From contig JAJYZF010000002.1 of assembly GCA_021800165.1 (NCBI GenBank), forward strand, positions 25,488-89,487: a stretch of DNA of 64,000 nucleotides, in the 5' to 3' direction. Position numbers and translations under genes: made by a program. The notes under the pieces are model-generated. The model ran no database searches, was not told the DNA's origin, and worked only from the letters and a program-made list of their open reading frames with translations. Within the stretch, counting starts at the first letter, position 1. The number at the start of each line of letters is the position of its first letter. This DNA comes from Planctomycetota bacterium (GTDB taxonomy: Bacteria; Planctomycetota; Phycisphaerae; WQYP01). Of this stretch, positions 51,248 through 61,356 are shown one piece after another.

Positions 51248-51270
51248 ACATACCTTTCCGGCTATGAGAA

Positions 51271-51284
51271 TGAAAGCGCTTTTC
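51271..51284. promoter_or_regulatory. candidate LacI-family operator upstream of the GH3 gene
   Basis: TGAAAGCGCTTTTC with palindromic core AAAGCGCTTT, 24 nt upstream of the GH3 start. Confidence 0.4.
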
Positions 51285-51874
51285 GACTGGGCTTCAATTG
51301 TGCCAGCCTCCGACGGCCCGCTGCCGCGACCTGGCAGTCATGTTAAACCCACGACCGGCTTTTTGCCAAGGATAGGGCGCAGCAGCCGCGGGGTAAGCGG
51401 CAAATAAAAAATTTAAGGTTATCGGTCGGGCGACGGCATGGGCGCGGGGTGCGAGCAGTCGCAAATCCGCCTTGGCGCGAACCAGCCGATTCATTATGGG
51501 CCTGACAAAATCGTCGGAGGTTATCGGACAAAAAAATCGTTGTGGCATAAATCATGTTTGTGGGACCAATAACCATCACGCACGGTCATTTGATTTATTG
51601 CGCCGCAAATTTGTTCCGATAGTAAGGGCCGGAAAGGAGATGTTCGGAGAGGCCGCACGTGGGGCCTTGCCGGACGACTCCGACACCGGTGATACGGCGA
51701 TGGCGCGAGGCATCATCGTCCGGGATCGTGAAAAGTCGGAAAAGTCAAGAGAGTGTTGAGCCTGGAGAGGATGGTTGAGGGCACGATAGATCGGCCCGAG
51801 GCGATGGTATCGTCGGGCGTAACCGCCGGCGCGGTTGTGATTGGTGTATTGAGTCCAACGACAGGAGAACACTC

Positions 51875-52636
51875 ATGAAAATCAGGTTCGGGATTACGGG
51901 TTCGGCGGGTGCGGCCAAGGCGGCAGTCATGGTGGCGGCTTTGGCCTTGACCAGCGCAGCGGCGCAAGCGAGCTTCACCGCCAACATCAGCGTTGTCGGC
52001 GGTGGCAGCACGTCGCTCACTGGGACGCTGGCTACCTCAGGAGGTCTGCTGGTTATCGGGCCGACCAATGTAACGATTAATTCTCCCAGCAGCAGCGCCT
52101 CGGAATTCACGATGGAAAATTTCACCGCCAGTTCCAACAGCGTCGGGGCTGGTGCCAGTGCGGTGGTGATGGGCAGTTCGCTGCAAATGAGAAATACGTC
52201 CGCCAATGTGGAAACACTGGATGTGAATTTACTGGACAGCGGTTTTGTCTCTCCAAGCGGCCCGGGCCTGCAAGTCAGCAGTTTCGGATCGGTGCAGTGG
52301 GCCTCCGGTGATGTACAAAATTCCCAAGATCTGGTCCGCGAGGTTAGTGTTCTAGAGGGTATCGGCTATGCCACCACGATCGCGGCGTTGAATTTGGGCG
52401 GCTCGCTGGTTGCCGATCTGCCGCATACGGCGACTCCTTTGGGCGTGCAGGAACCAAATTACAGTTTCGGTAATGATCTGGCGGTAACGCTCAATCCCGG
52501 GGATGCGGTGAAGGTTAGTTGGACCTCCACGGTGGCACCGGTGCCGGAACCAGCTCCGGCTTTACTACTAGCCGCGGGCAGCTTCGGAACACTCGTGTTG
52601 GCACGTCGCCGTCAAGGTCAGGCGGTGCCGTGTTGA
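51875..52636 (+). CDS. PEP-CTERM sorting domain surface protein
   Basis: RBS AGGAG; signal peptide ending AQA; C-terminal VPEPAPALLLAAGSFGTLVLARRR. Confidence 0.9.
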   Translation: MKIRFGITGSAGAAKAAVMVAALALTSAAAQASFTANISVVGGGSTSLTGTLATSGGLLVIGPTNVTINSPSSSASEFTMENFTASSNSVGAGASAVVMGSSLQMRNTSANVETLDVNLLDSGFVSPSGPGLQVSSFGSVQWASGDVQNSQDLVREVSVLEGIGYATTIAALNLGGSLVADLPHTATPLGVQEPNYSFGNDLAVTLNPGDAVKVSWTSTVAPVPEPAPALLLAAGSFGTLVLARRRQGQAVPC

Positions 52637-52677
52637 TCGGGGACAAGGTATTTTGGGTCTTGGCCCGAAGAATCATT

Positions 52678-53634
52678 TCAATGGATGATCTGCGTCTCCC
52701 GCATCCAAGCGATGAAACGTGAAAGCCCTTCTTGGACCCGCACCTGGGGCTGGTAGCCAAGGGTGCGACGGGCCAGTGTGATATCCGCAAAGGTAACCGG
52801 CGGTTCAGAAGCAGGCGCTGGAACATTACGGATTAGAGCTTGACGGCCCAGGAGCTTTTCGAGAATTCGGACAAAATCAATGTTCTCCACCGGTTCGCCG
52901 CAACCCAAGTTGAATATCTGGTAGCCGTGTGGACGATCCAAGGCCAGGCGAAACCCGGCGGTGATATCGTCAATGTACGTCCAATCTCGTTTGAGGCGGC
53001 CGGCGTCATAGAGGGTCAATTCGCGACCAGCGAGAATATCGGTGGCCCACTGCCAAGGCATCATATCCGGGCGGCCATGGGGGCCATAGACATTGAAGAA
53101 ACGCAAAATGGTGATGGGCAAGGCCCAGAGATGTTCAAAGCTATGGGCGAAAAGCTCCATGGAACGCTTGCTGGCTGGATAAGGTGCCAGCGGGCGATCG
53201 GCGGGTGCCGTTTCCACAAATGGCGTGGGTGTGGAGCGTCCATAGACGGAGCCGGTGGAAGCGAGCAGGCAGTGCGGCTTTCCGACGCGATTAACGGCAT
53301 CCAGCAAGTTCATGGTGCCTTGCACATTGACGGCACTGTAAACATGCGGATTCTGGACGCTATAGCGCACGGAAGCCATGGCGGCGATATGGGCTACCGC
53401 ATCCGGCGGGTGGGTGCGGCACAAATCCACCAAGGCTGGCAGATCCCGCAGGTCACATTCCACAAAGGTGAAACGGGGATGTGAAGACAAGTCGGCCAAG
53501 TGGCGTTGCTTGTGAACGAGCGGATAATAATCATTGAGGTTATCAAACCCCACCACCTGATCGCCGCGATCCAAGAGGTTGCGAGCCAGTCGCGAGCCAA
53601 TAAAGCCCGCAACACCAGTGACCAGAATTCTCAA
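52678..53634 (-). CDS. NAD-dependent nucleotide-sugar epimerase (UDP-glucuronate 4-epimerase-like)
   Basis: ILVTGVAGFIG, DNLNDYY, VRYS..NP, YPASK and RFFNVYGP.GRPDM. Confidence 0.93.
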   Translation of the reverse strand: MRILVTGVAGFIGSRLARNLLDRGDQVVGFDNLNDYYPLVHKQRHLADLSSHPRFTFVECDLRDLPALVDLCRTHPPDAVAHIAAMASVRYSVQNPHVYSAVNVQGTMNLLDAVNRVGKPHCLLASTGSVYGRSTPTPFVETAPADRPLAPYPASKRSMELFAHSFEHLWALPITILRFFNVYGPHGRPDMMPWQWATDILAGRELTLYDAGRLKRDWTYIDDITAGFRLALDRPHGYQIFNLGCGEPVENIDFVRILEKLLGRQALIRNVPAPASEPPVTFADITLARRTLGYQPQVRVQEGLSRFIAWMRETQIIH

Positions 53635-53732
53635 GCCTAACACTCCTGCTGTAATTTAATGAATTAACGCTGCCGATACCCCGCACCTTGCAACCCAATG
53701 GCGGACCGATCGGAATATTGCCGGGGCACGAT

Positions 53733-54266
53733 TCAGGTTGTGGCTTTATTGCCGGACGACGGTCGGTTCTCCGGGAATAAAACCGATTGGGATGAATCGT
53801 GGCACGAAGGATTGTCCAGCACATCCTGGGCTTCACTGACCAATTCGCCTAAGTCCTTGAATTGGCGGTAAACGGCGGCAAAACGGACATAGGCGATCGG
53901 CGAAGCCATACGCAATTGCTTCATTACCGCTTCGCCGATGAATGAGCTGGTTACTTCGCGTGTGCCTTGCTGCATGATTTCCTCCTCCACGGCATCGACC
54001 ATCGCCACAATGCGCTCGGCGGGTACCGGCAGTTTATAGCAGGCCTTCTGGATACCTTCCATAATGCGCGTACGGTCCAAAGGTACGCGGGTACCATCTT
54101 TTTTTACCACGGTCAGGCGGACGGTTTGCTCCACCCGTTCATAGGTGGTGTAGCGACGGTTGCAGGCCTGGCAGATTCGGCGGCGGCGGATGACTTCGCC
54201 GCCTTCAACGGGGCGTGAATCAATCACGCGGTCGTTATCGGCAACATGGCAAAATGGACAACGCAC
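53733..54266 (-). CDS. nrdR: transcriptional repressor NrdR
   Basis: MRCPFC...VIDSR...IRRRRIC..C..RYTTYE, ATP-cone VVKKDG, AYVRFA.VY. Confidence 0.97.
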   Translation of the reverse strand: MRCPFCHVADNDRVIDSRPVEGGEVIRRRRICQACNRRYTTYERVEQTVRLTVVKKDGTRVPLDRTRIMEGIQKACYKLPVPAERIVAMVDAVEEEIMQQGTREVTSSFIGEAVMKQLRMASPIAYVRFAAVYRQFKDLGELVSEAQDVLDNPSCHDSSQSVLFPENRPSSGNKATT

Positions 54267-54296
54267 AGATCAACCTCGAAAGATAACTCCGGCCGG

Positions 54297-54884
54297 CTAC
54301 GGTCGGGCCAGTCGTGTGTGGTACGAGCGAATAAAATAAACCCGTCGGGCTTGCAGTAACATGGCGATGGAGCGGCGGGGATCGCGGTCGGCGGTAAAAT
54401 CACCGCGAATTCGTGACGGGCCCAGCGCATTTTGAAAATAACCCGAACTGGCGGTTAAGCGTAAATCGCCGTCTACCAGGGTGGCATGCATGATTGCGGC
54501 ATGTTTGCCATTGTGCAGACGAATAAAGCCCGCGCCTGAATATCGGCCCGTGCCGCTGGGGGTAATAACGATATATTCAAATGTGGCGTTGATGGCGGTG
54601 GATAAGATTGGCGTTAAGCCGGGCACTGGTTTCCAAAATACCCGTATGACCATGATCTGGGTGACGCCGGTGTTGCCCGCGGGCTTGGATTTTAGAATGA
54701 ATCGGTACGTGCCGTCGCGGGTAACATAGTAAAAGGCCTGCTGAAAGTGTGGTTGCAATGCGCTACCACCGCGCGACCGCACGGGAATAATAGACAGTGG
54801 TCGAAAGTATCCGCATCCCCCCAGCAGAAGCGGCAAAAGCCCCAGGCCAAGAACCAGAAACATGTTACTCGGACGTTTTATCAT
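54297..54884 (-). CDS. hypothetical lipoprotein
   Basis: Hydrophobic stretch with lipobox LGGC; beta-rich basic body. Confidence 0.7.
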   Translation of the reverse strand: MIKRPSNMFLVLGLGLLPLLLGGCGYFRPLSIIPVRSRGGSALQPHFQQAFYYVTRDGTYRFILKSKPAGNTGVTQIMVIRVFWKPVPGLTPILSTAINATFEYIVITPSGTGRYSGAGFIRLHNGKHAAIMHATLVDGDLRLTASSGYFQNALGPSRIRGDFTADRDPRRSIAMLLQARRVYFIRSYHTRLARP

Positions 54885-55035
54885 GCTGGTAGCATAATCG
54901 CTGGGCCGGCGTTGGTAAACACAGGCGGCAGAATGGACCAATCGGACGGCAGGCGAGCGCCAGCGGCTTTTTTGTACATTGGCTGGGACTGAAAGTTTCC
55001 GATAAGATGCATAGGTTGACGTGAAAGGATTTATC

Positions 55036-56172
55036 GTGCCCGTCGCCACGCACACCGCAACGATTGTAAGCCGCTCCAGGGGCGCTGCGTCGGCGGCCAA
55101 TCGCCCACCAGCGATTTCCGCCAAGCCCGACGGCATCCGCGAATATTTTAGTACGGATTTGGGAACCATTTATCATGGAGATTCCCTGCAAGTTCTCGAA
55201 CGGCATATCAGGCCGAGTTCGGTTGACCTTATCATGACCAGCCCACCATTTGCGCTGGTGCGGAAAAAAAAATATGGGAATGTCGATTCCGGCCAATATT
55301 TGGAATGGTTCAGACCTTTCGGACAAGCCTTCCGCCGCGCCTTAAAGGATACAGGATCATTGGTCATTGACATTGGCGGCGCGTGGATTCCTGGGCAACC
55401 AACGCGCAGCCTTTACCACTATGAGCTCCTCATCATGTTATGCAAGGAATTTGGTCTGCATCTGGCCCAAGATTTTTTTTGGTGGAATCCATCCAAATTA
55501 CCGACGCCAGCCGAATGGGTCACCGTTCGCCGGATTCGGGTGAAAGATGCTGTCAACTGTGTTTGGTGGTTATCGCCGACACCGTGGCCCAAAGCCAGCA
55601 ACCGCCGCGTTCTCGCTCCCTATAGTGACGCCATGAAGGGTTTGCTGAAAAATGGATACAAAGCCAAATTACGGCCCAGCGGCCACGACATCAGTGGTAA
55701 GTTCGCCATTGACAATGGCGCGGCGATCCCGCCCAATTTGATTGCCATACCCAACACGGAAAGCAACTCATACTATTTGCGATATTGCGCAGAACATGGT
55801 CTTTCGCCGCACCCGGCTCGTTTTCCCGCGGCGTTACCAGAATATTTTATTCGTATGCTCACCGATCCTGGTGATCTGGTGGTGGATCCGTTCGGCGGGA
55901 GTTGTGTTACCGGCGAGGTGGCCGAGCGTCTACGGCGGCGGTGGGTGTGCAGCGAGATCGTCGAGGAATACGTTCATGCCGCCAAGGGCAGGTTTCCGGT
56001 GCTCCACACGGACCAACCGGCGCTTTTCCCCGGGTCCTTTCCGGAAGCGAAGGGGATTGGTGCCTCCTACAGGATATCGCACCCGGCGGCCCTTTGGAAC
56101 GACAGCGAGGACGTGTCCTTACCGGACGAGGGCGGAAGGGCCAGAATCAGCAGAAGAGCCAAGAAGGAGTGA
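55036..56172 (+). CDS. beta-class N4-cytosine DNA methyltransferase, M.PvuII-like
   Basis: Catalytic TSPPF near the N-terminus; SAM-binding DPFGGS near the C-terminus; NPSKLPTP.EWV, RVKDAVN, RPSGHDI and HPARFP segments match my recollection of M.PvuII. GTG start after AAAGGA (alternative 55021). Confidence 0.93.
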   Translation: MPVATHTATIVSRSRGAASAANRPPAISAKPDGIREYFSTDLGTIYHGDSLQVLERHIRPSSVDLIMTSPPFALVRKKKYGNVDSGQYLEWFRPFGQAFRRALKDTGSLVIDIGGAWIPGQPTRSLYHYELLIMLCKEFGLHLAQDFFWWNPSKLPTPAEWVTVRRIRVKDAVNCVWWLSPTPWPKASNRRVLAPYSDAMKGLLKNGYKAKLRPSGHDISGKFAIDNGAAIPPNLIAIPNTESNSYYLRYCAEHGLSPHPARFPAALPEYFIRMLTDPGDLVVDPFGGSCVTGEVAERLRRRWVCSEIVEEYVHAAKGRFPVLHTDQPALFPGSFPEAKGIGASYRISHPAALWNDSEDVSLPDEGGRARISRRAKKE

Positions 56173-56174
56173 GA

Positions 56175-57173
56175 ATGCCGGCTGCAACTCCAGAAGTTTT
56201 GGTGGAAGCAATCATTAATGCAGTGCAGCAATGCGGTAGCGCCGCCACCTTGATCAGCCCCGTGCGCCACCAGCCCCGGAAATTCCTGATCACGGCACCA
56301 GGCGGCGAGGGCTACGTGTTGTGGGTTTACGCGTGGACGTTGACATTTGGAGGACGCCCCGCGCTTGGGAATGAGTGGCGAATTCAGATGACCTCGGTTA
56401 AATCTCCTTTGGCGTTGAATCCGAATGGGCCAACCGTTTTGCTGGGCTACGAGCGTGATCTGGGCGTTTTTGCCGGCTTCGATATCATCCGTCACCGGGA
56501 ATTTACACAAGGTTCGCCGTCTGTTCAAGTCGACATAACGCCGGTTCGACAGGCACTGGAAAGCGGGTTGACTTTTCACCGCAAAGGGAATGGCGAAATA
56601 GCCATCGGAATACGGCCGGACCAGTTGATAAACTACGCGCTGAACGCGGCAGACTTGCACAAGTCGGGCAGACGGCCGGAAATTCTTCAGTTGCTGGAAC
56701 GAGCGGCCGTACTGGATCCTATTGGTGAAAAGGAAATAAGATCGGTACCTGCGGGGCGCCGGCAGATCGTTCAAACGGTTGTGAAGCTATCGCGCAGCGC
56801 TAATTTCAGACAACAGGTCCTGCACGCGTACGGAAGTCGCTGTGCGGTGACCCGCATGCAACTTAGGCTTGTGGACGCCGCACACATTCTTCCCGTAGGC
56901 GCACCAGGCAGCATCGACCATGTGACCAATGGTATTGCGTTATCGCCAACGTACCACCGTGCGTATGACAATGGCCTGATCTACCTTGACGTGGATCACC
57001 ACATGCGGTTGAACGCGGCCAAGCTGAACCAACTCAGTATGCTGGAGCTACACGGTGGGGCGGATACATTCAAGGCACCGTTGGGTAAGATTTATCTTCC
57101 GCCGGACAAAAAGCAGTGGCCGCAGCCTGAACTCATCGGCAAGGCCAATGAGTTCAGGCAGATTAGTTCTTGA
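56175..57173 (+). CDS. HNH endonuclease with uncharacterised N-terminal domain
   Basis: FRQQVLHAYGSRCAVT...AAHILP...NGIALSPTYHRAYDNGLI; RBS AAGGAG; ATG 2 nt after the MTase stop. Confidence 0.9.
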   Translation: MPAATPEVLVEAIINAVQQCGSAATLISPVRHQPRKFLITAPGGEGYVLWVYAWTLTFGGRPALGNEWRIQMTSVKSPLALNPNGPTVLLGYERDLGVFAGFDIIRHREFTQGSPSVQVDITPVRQALESGLTFHRKGNGEIAIGIRPDQLINYALNAADLHKSGRRPEILQLLERAAVLDPIGEKEIRSVPAGRRQIVQTVVKLSRSANFRQQVLHAYGSRCAVTRMQLRLVDAAHILPVGAPGSIDHVTNGIALSPTYHRAYDNGLIYLDVDHHMRLNAAKLNQLSMLELHGGADTFKAPLGKIYLPPDKKQWPQPELIGKANEFRQISS

Positions 57174-57560
57174 AATAGTCGGTGGCGACGGCTGCGATCG
57201 CGGGCAGTAGATAGTGGGTTGGAGTGGTTTGTGGATGTGTGGTCGGGGACGCATACGATATTTTTGAGTTTCAAAACCAGCTTGTTTTTATCGCTGGTGC
57301 CCGCGGGTGTGATCGCTGCGCTGCCGGCATTTCATCGTGCCATCACCGCAATGACACGTGGGGCCGTCACAGCGGCACCAAAACAGACTTGGGTGCGAGA
57401 TGTGGCCAGCGCCAGTCGAAAGATGTGGCAAAACGTCGGGACAAATCTTGCGTAACACGGCCAGTCGGCCGCCATCGCCGTTACTGCAGCGTTGCGTGGC
57501 CCCGCCACGCCGTTGCCACGGCGGCAGATAGGATGCGTGCTGGACACATGCTCCTTGAAT

Positions 57561-58076
57561 TTAAGGATTTACCAACGCCATAAGCTGCTTGGGCTGCATC
57601 AAAAACAGGAGTTCGCCGTGGGTTAGCGTGGCGTCCATATCCACGCATGCGACGGCCCCTTTTTTGAAGCGCACGCGCCCGGGCTTGTTGAAACAGAGTT
57701 GTCCGAGAAAACCGCTTAAGTCCGGCTCATGGCCGACGGCGATCATGGCTTGCGGCTGGTGTTTTTGCGATTTTAGTCGCTTAAGCAGCAGTTCCGGCGA
57801 GCCGCCGCAGGCCAACTCTACCGCTACGAAAATGGGAATTGTGTGGCCCGGGGCCGCGTCGGCTGGAGGCTCCAGCGTGGCTGCCAGAATTTCGGCGGTT
57901 TGCTCTGTTCGCACGCAAGGCGAGGTGAAGATGATGTCAATGCGTGGGTTCATAGTGGCCAGTCCAGCGGCGACGCGCGTGAAATCTTTTTTACCTTCGG
58001 CAGTCAGTGCCCGCTGGGAATCGCCGCCAAGGGCGAATTCTTTGGCCGCGGCATGCCGGCATAAATAGAGTTTCAT
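57561..58076 (-). CDS. sixA: phosphohistidine phosphatase SixA-like
   Basis: LYLCRHA, D..R.LT.EG, TSP.VRT.QT, VGHEPDL and FKKG. Confidence 0.88.
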   Translation of the reverse strand: MKLYLCRHAAAKEFALGGDSQRALTAEGKKDFTRVAAGLATMNPRIDIIFTSPCVRTEQTAEILAATLEPPADAAPGHTIPIFVAVELACGGSPELLLKRLKSQKHQPQAMIAVGHEPDLSGFLGQLCFNKPGRVRFKKGAVACVDMDATLTHGELLFLMQPKQLMALVNP

Positions 58077-58090
58077 CAAAGCTCCTTCGG

Positions 58091-59509
58091 TTAGCCTACC
58101 CAAAAGCCTTGGGTAAAACGCATGGTCACCATCAACATCCACAGACCGCTTAGCGACAGCAGCGGCACACACAACCAGGCCCAGCGAGGTGGCAATTTGG
58201 CCATCACCAAGCCGAAGAAGATCCATAATGGTACGCTGGTGGCCAGTTGGTAACGCCCCATTCCCTGGTAGTGGATGGCGCTATGCGAGAAAAATGGAAT
58301 TAGCCATAAGAACAGGGCCACCAACCACAGCGGCACGGGGAGCCGCAGCTTGGGCAGCAGCATGGCCAGCAGCACCAGAGGTGTGAACAAAGCGCAGGCG
58401 TTTTCCAGTGCGGTTATGTGAGATGGATCCGCAGGAGAAAGCAAATGGGTTATCAGGCGATGAAATATTTTACCCAGGTCTAAAGCCAGCATCGTGTGTT
58501 TCCAGGTAAGCCCCACGTGTACCCAGCGTTGAATGTCCAATACCATCCACGGGTTGCCGGTTTCCCAGGCCAGCCACGCCGCCCAGAGAATAAATCCACT
58601 GGCGGCTACCATCGGCCACAAAATGGCCCGGCCCATGGCCCGGGACGCGGTGATGGCCGTGGCGGGGGACTGAAGATCCTGCGGCCTTTGGCGTTGGCGA
58701 GATGTTGTCCATGTCGCAATGGCCGCGGCAAGGAGAAGAAAAAACAGTGTCGCCGAAAAAACCACACCGGTGGGGCGCACCAGATCGGCAAGGGCTCCGA
58801 GGATGGCGGCCACCCCCCAACGCTCACGGAGTGCGGCAAAGAAAAACAGAATCATCAGCATGTCAAAAAGCGGTTCCGTATAAGCCGCAAATAGAAAAAC
58901 GGCCTCCGGTTGCAGCAAAAAGCCCAGCACCGCCAGCATGGGTACCGCGGGTTGACCAGGGAATAATTCTCCCGCCAGGCGGTAGAGCAAAATCGTGGCT
59001 GTCACCGAGGCGACATTCGAGACCAGCAGCAGCCACACCCAGACCGGCAGTGGGAGAAGGCGTGAAAGCACCAACACCAGCGCCGGGTAGCCGGGATAAT
59101 TGGCAGTGTTTGCGGTGCCCACCGGTACATTTTTAATGCGGTACCACCAATGGGCGATTTGCCAATAGCGAATGCCATCCCAGCGAATGAGCGCATGCTG
59201 GTGCGGGCTCCATCCTGGATGATACGCCCACGAAGCCAAAAACAAGGATCGCTGCGGGGCATGAAGGGCAATTTGCGCCGCCAAGTTCACGCACAACATC
59301 ACCACCACCCACGCCAACAGAGGTCGTAACCACCAGCCGGCAGCCAACGCCGCCGGGATCTCGAGATCGGGGGTTGATGGCTGTACTGATGCACTCCCAA
59401 GAGCGGCAACGACGGTCGAGGGGGATGGCGTGTGGTCACCGGGAGGAACTGTCTTGGCCGGGGCCAATTCATATCCGCCGGTGGATGAAGATTGTTTCTC
59501 CGCTGGCAT
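58091..59509 (-). CDS. GT-C fold membrane glycosyltransferase (PIG-V/mannosyltransferase-like)
   Basis: RWDG..Y..IA, YPGYP, AYTEPLF, RPTG and GMGRY; many TM helices. Confidence 0.85.
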   Translation of the reverse strand: MPAEKQSSSTGGYELAPAKTVPPGDHTPSPSTVVAALGSASVQPSTPDLEIPAALAAGWWLRPLLAWVVVMLCVNLAAQIALHAPQRSLFLASWAYHPGWSPHQHALIRWDGIRYWQIAHWWYRIKNVPVGTANTANYPGYPALVLVLSRLLPLPVWVWLLLVSNVASVTATILLYRLAGELFPGQPAVPMLAVLGFLLQPEAVFLFAAYTEPLFDMLMILFFFAALRERWGVAAILGALADLVRPTGVVFSATLFFLLLAAAIATWTTSRQRQRPQDLQSPATAITASRAMGRAILWPMVAASGFILWAAWLAWETGNPWMVLDIQRWVHVGLTWKHTMLALDLGKIFHRLITHLLSPADPSHITALENACALFTPLVLLAMLLPKLRLPVPLWLVALFLWLIPFFSHSAIHYQGMGRYQLATSVPLWIFFGLVMAKLPPRWAWLCVPLLSLSGLWMLMVTMRFTQGFWVG

Positions 59510-60236
59510 AGCGCATGGCCCCGGTAACGGCTCCAACCACGGCTTCCGCCACATCCTGCGGCGCAAGAATTTCCCTGGTGGGTACCTGTTCTTCTGTCAT
59601 CAACGCCCGAAACATGGGCGTTTCCACTGCGGCAGGTGCAATCCCGACCACCCGAATTCCCAGCGGATCGCCTTCCTGAGCGGTGACTTTGGTTAGCATA
59701 TTCAACGCTACCTTGGCTACACCGTACGCTCCCAAGCCCGGAAAGGGATCACGGGCGGACTCGCTGGAGATATGCACAATGACTCCTCCCGAATCCGGTC
59801 CTAACTCCGCTCCGGACCGGCCATGTTCATGCAGGTCAGACTGCGATTCAAGATGTTGGTTGCGAAAGACCGGCCAAACCGCCCGGGTCATATAAAATGC
59901 CGCTGATAGATTCACCTCCAGAATTTCCCGCCACTGGGTCGGCAATATATCGGGCGTGGGTATCATTGGAGCCATGCCCGCGGTGTTGATTACGGCATCT
60001 ATGCGGGAAAATTCTTCCCTTGCTTGCCGCACCAGGCGATCCACCTCCTGAGGCTGGGTGACATCTGTTGGCACACAGATGGCTCTACCGGCGGCGCGCT
60101 TAATTTGCTCCGCGACTTCCTCCAGGCGTCCCGGTGTGCGCCCGGCCAGCACCAGGGCGTAGCCCAAGTCCGCCAGTGCCAACGCCGTCGCGCGTCCAAT
60201 ACCGCCACCGCCACCAGTTACAATCGCCACTTTCAT
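59469..60236 (-). CDS. short-chain dehydrogenase/reductase
   Basis: VAIVTGGGGGIG, INTAG, HISS and YGVAK. Confidence 0.93.
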   Translation of the reverse strand: MKVAIVTGGGGGIGRATALALADLGYALVLAGRTPGRLEEVAEQIKRAAGRAICVPTDVTQPQEVDRLVRQAREEFSRIDAVINTAGMAPMIPTPDILPTQWREILEVNLSAAFYMTRAVWPVFRNQHLESQSDLHEHGRSGAELGPDSGGVIVHISSESARDPFPGLGAYGVAKVALNMLTKVTAQEGDPLGIRVVGIAPAAVETPMFRALMTEEQVPTREILAPQDVAEAVVGAVTGAMRYASGETIFIHRRI

Positions 60237-60386
60237 TGAAAACACCCCAAGCTTATAGCACTTCCGGATTTTTACGAATCCGGCCGAGAGAATTATAAAG
60301 GCGTGGTAAAAAAAAAGCGTGTGGGCGCGGATTCGGCCATCCAACAACATTGACGCGGTGGCTAAATTGGTCCATGATTTCGGGCG

Positions 60387-61160
60387 ATGACCTCCATGAA
60401 TCAACCTTTAGCCAAAGCCAATAAGTTGCCGAAAGAGCATGTTTCGCTGTTGTGCCGGGCAGGTGAGCAATATTTGGCGGGAGGACAGTACGTGGAGGCA
60501 CAGCGATTGTTGCGGCAGGCGGAGACGCAGGCGTGGCGGCAACGTGATGGGATCGCACTGGCAAGAATCTACCTGTCGCTGACGGAGGCGTCTCGACTGC
60601 TGCGCCAGCAGGCATGTGAAGGTATGATCGTCATCAGCACACAAGACGATGGCATGGTACGGCGGCGGATGATGCGGGAGTTCGTGGGCGAGCGTGCGGG
60701 TACGATACTGTTGGGGGGAAGAAGCGGGGACCGGTTGGTGTTGAAAATGCTGGAGAGGGTGCAATACGCGGCGCAAAAGAGAGGCTATGCTCTGGAGGCA
60801 TTGCTTTTATTGCGATGTGGCCAGAAGTGGAGGGTTGCATCTGTGGCGGATCCAACCTTTGCCGCTGGTTTACCGGTGTGCTGGGTACAAAATTTATCAG
60901 ACCAGAGGGCTGGTAAACCGGGCCATGCCGACGAGATTCTCCTGCCGCCTGCGGGCGTGTATCCACCGGGATCAGCCGGAGCCAAGTTGGCGGGTGAATC
61001 CCTGCTGGCGGCACACGAATTGTTGGCTCTTAAGTGGCAGGCACGCCATCTAGTACGGGCCAGCCGTTGGGTGGAAATGGACTGGCTGCGGCGAGCGATA
61101 CGCATTGATCCAGCGTGTGAACCTGTGCTGATGCGGTTGTTGGCGCTGGCTGGTGGCTGA
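60387..61160 (+). CDS. hypothetical protein with TPR-like helices
   Basis: AGEQYLAGGQYVEAQRLL; C-terminal RRAIRIDPACE. Confidence 0.65.
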   Translation: MTSMNQPLAKANKLPKEHVSLLCRAGEQYLAGGQYVEAQRLLRQAETQAWRQRDGIALARIYLSLTEASRLLRQQACEGMIVISTQDDGMVRRRMMREFVGERAGTILLGGRSGDRLVLKMLERVQYAAQKRGYALEALLLLRCGQKWRVASVADPTFAAGLPVCWVQNLSDQRAGKPGHADEILLPPAGVYPPGSAGAKLAGESLLAAHELLALKWQARHLVRASRWVEMDWLRRAIRIDPACEPVLMRLLALAGG

Positions 61161-61356
61161 CGGACTCTTCGATAACTCCGGGAAGGAGAAACCTTGTATA
61201 GGCTATTACGAGGCGTTCGTAAAAACGAATTAAATGGAAAGCAATGGCCTTTAGTGGAAACTTATATTATTCTGGGGAGGTTTGTGGGATGGCAGTGGTT
61301 TGATGCTGCTGGCGAACCTAGCCGTGGGTACGGCGTATAGACAAAGGAAGGGCCGA

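Noticed and set aside
51290-51870. Possible c-di-GMP riboswitch in the long leader of the second PEP-CTERM gene
   Set aside because: Only a vague resemblance; the GGCAAAC...GAAA...GACGCAAAGC core is absent.
55902-56174. 91-codon N-terminal extension of the HNH ORF in the ORF track
   Set aside because: Overlaps the MTase; the strong RBS and ATG at 56175 mark the real start.
54885-57560. Integrase, tRNA or direct repeats flanking the MTase-HNH cassette
   Set aside because: None found by eye, so there is no direct evidence of recent mobilisation.
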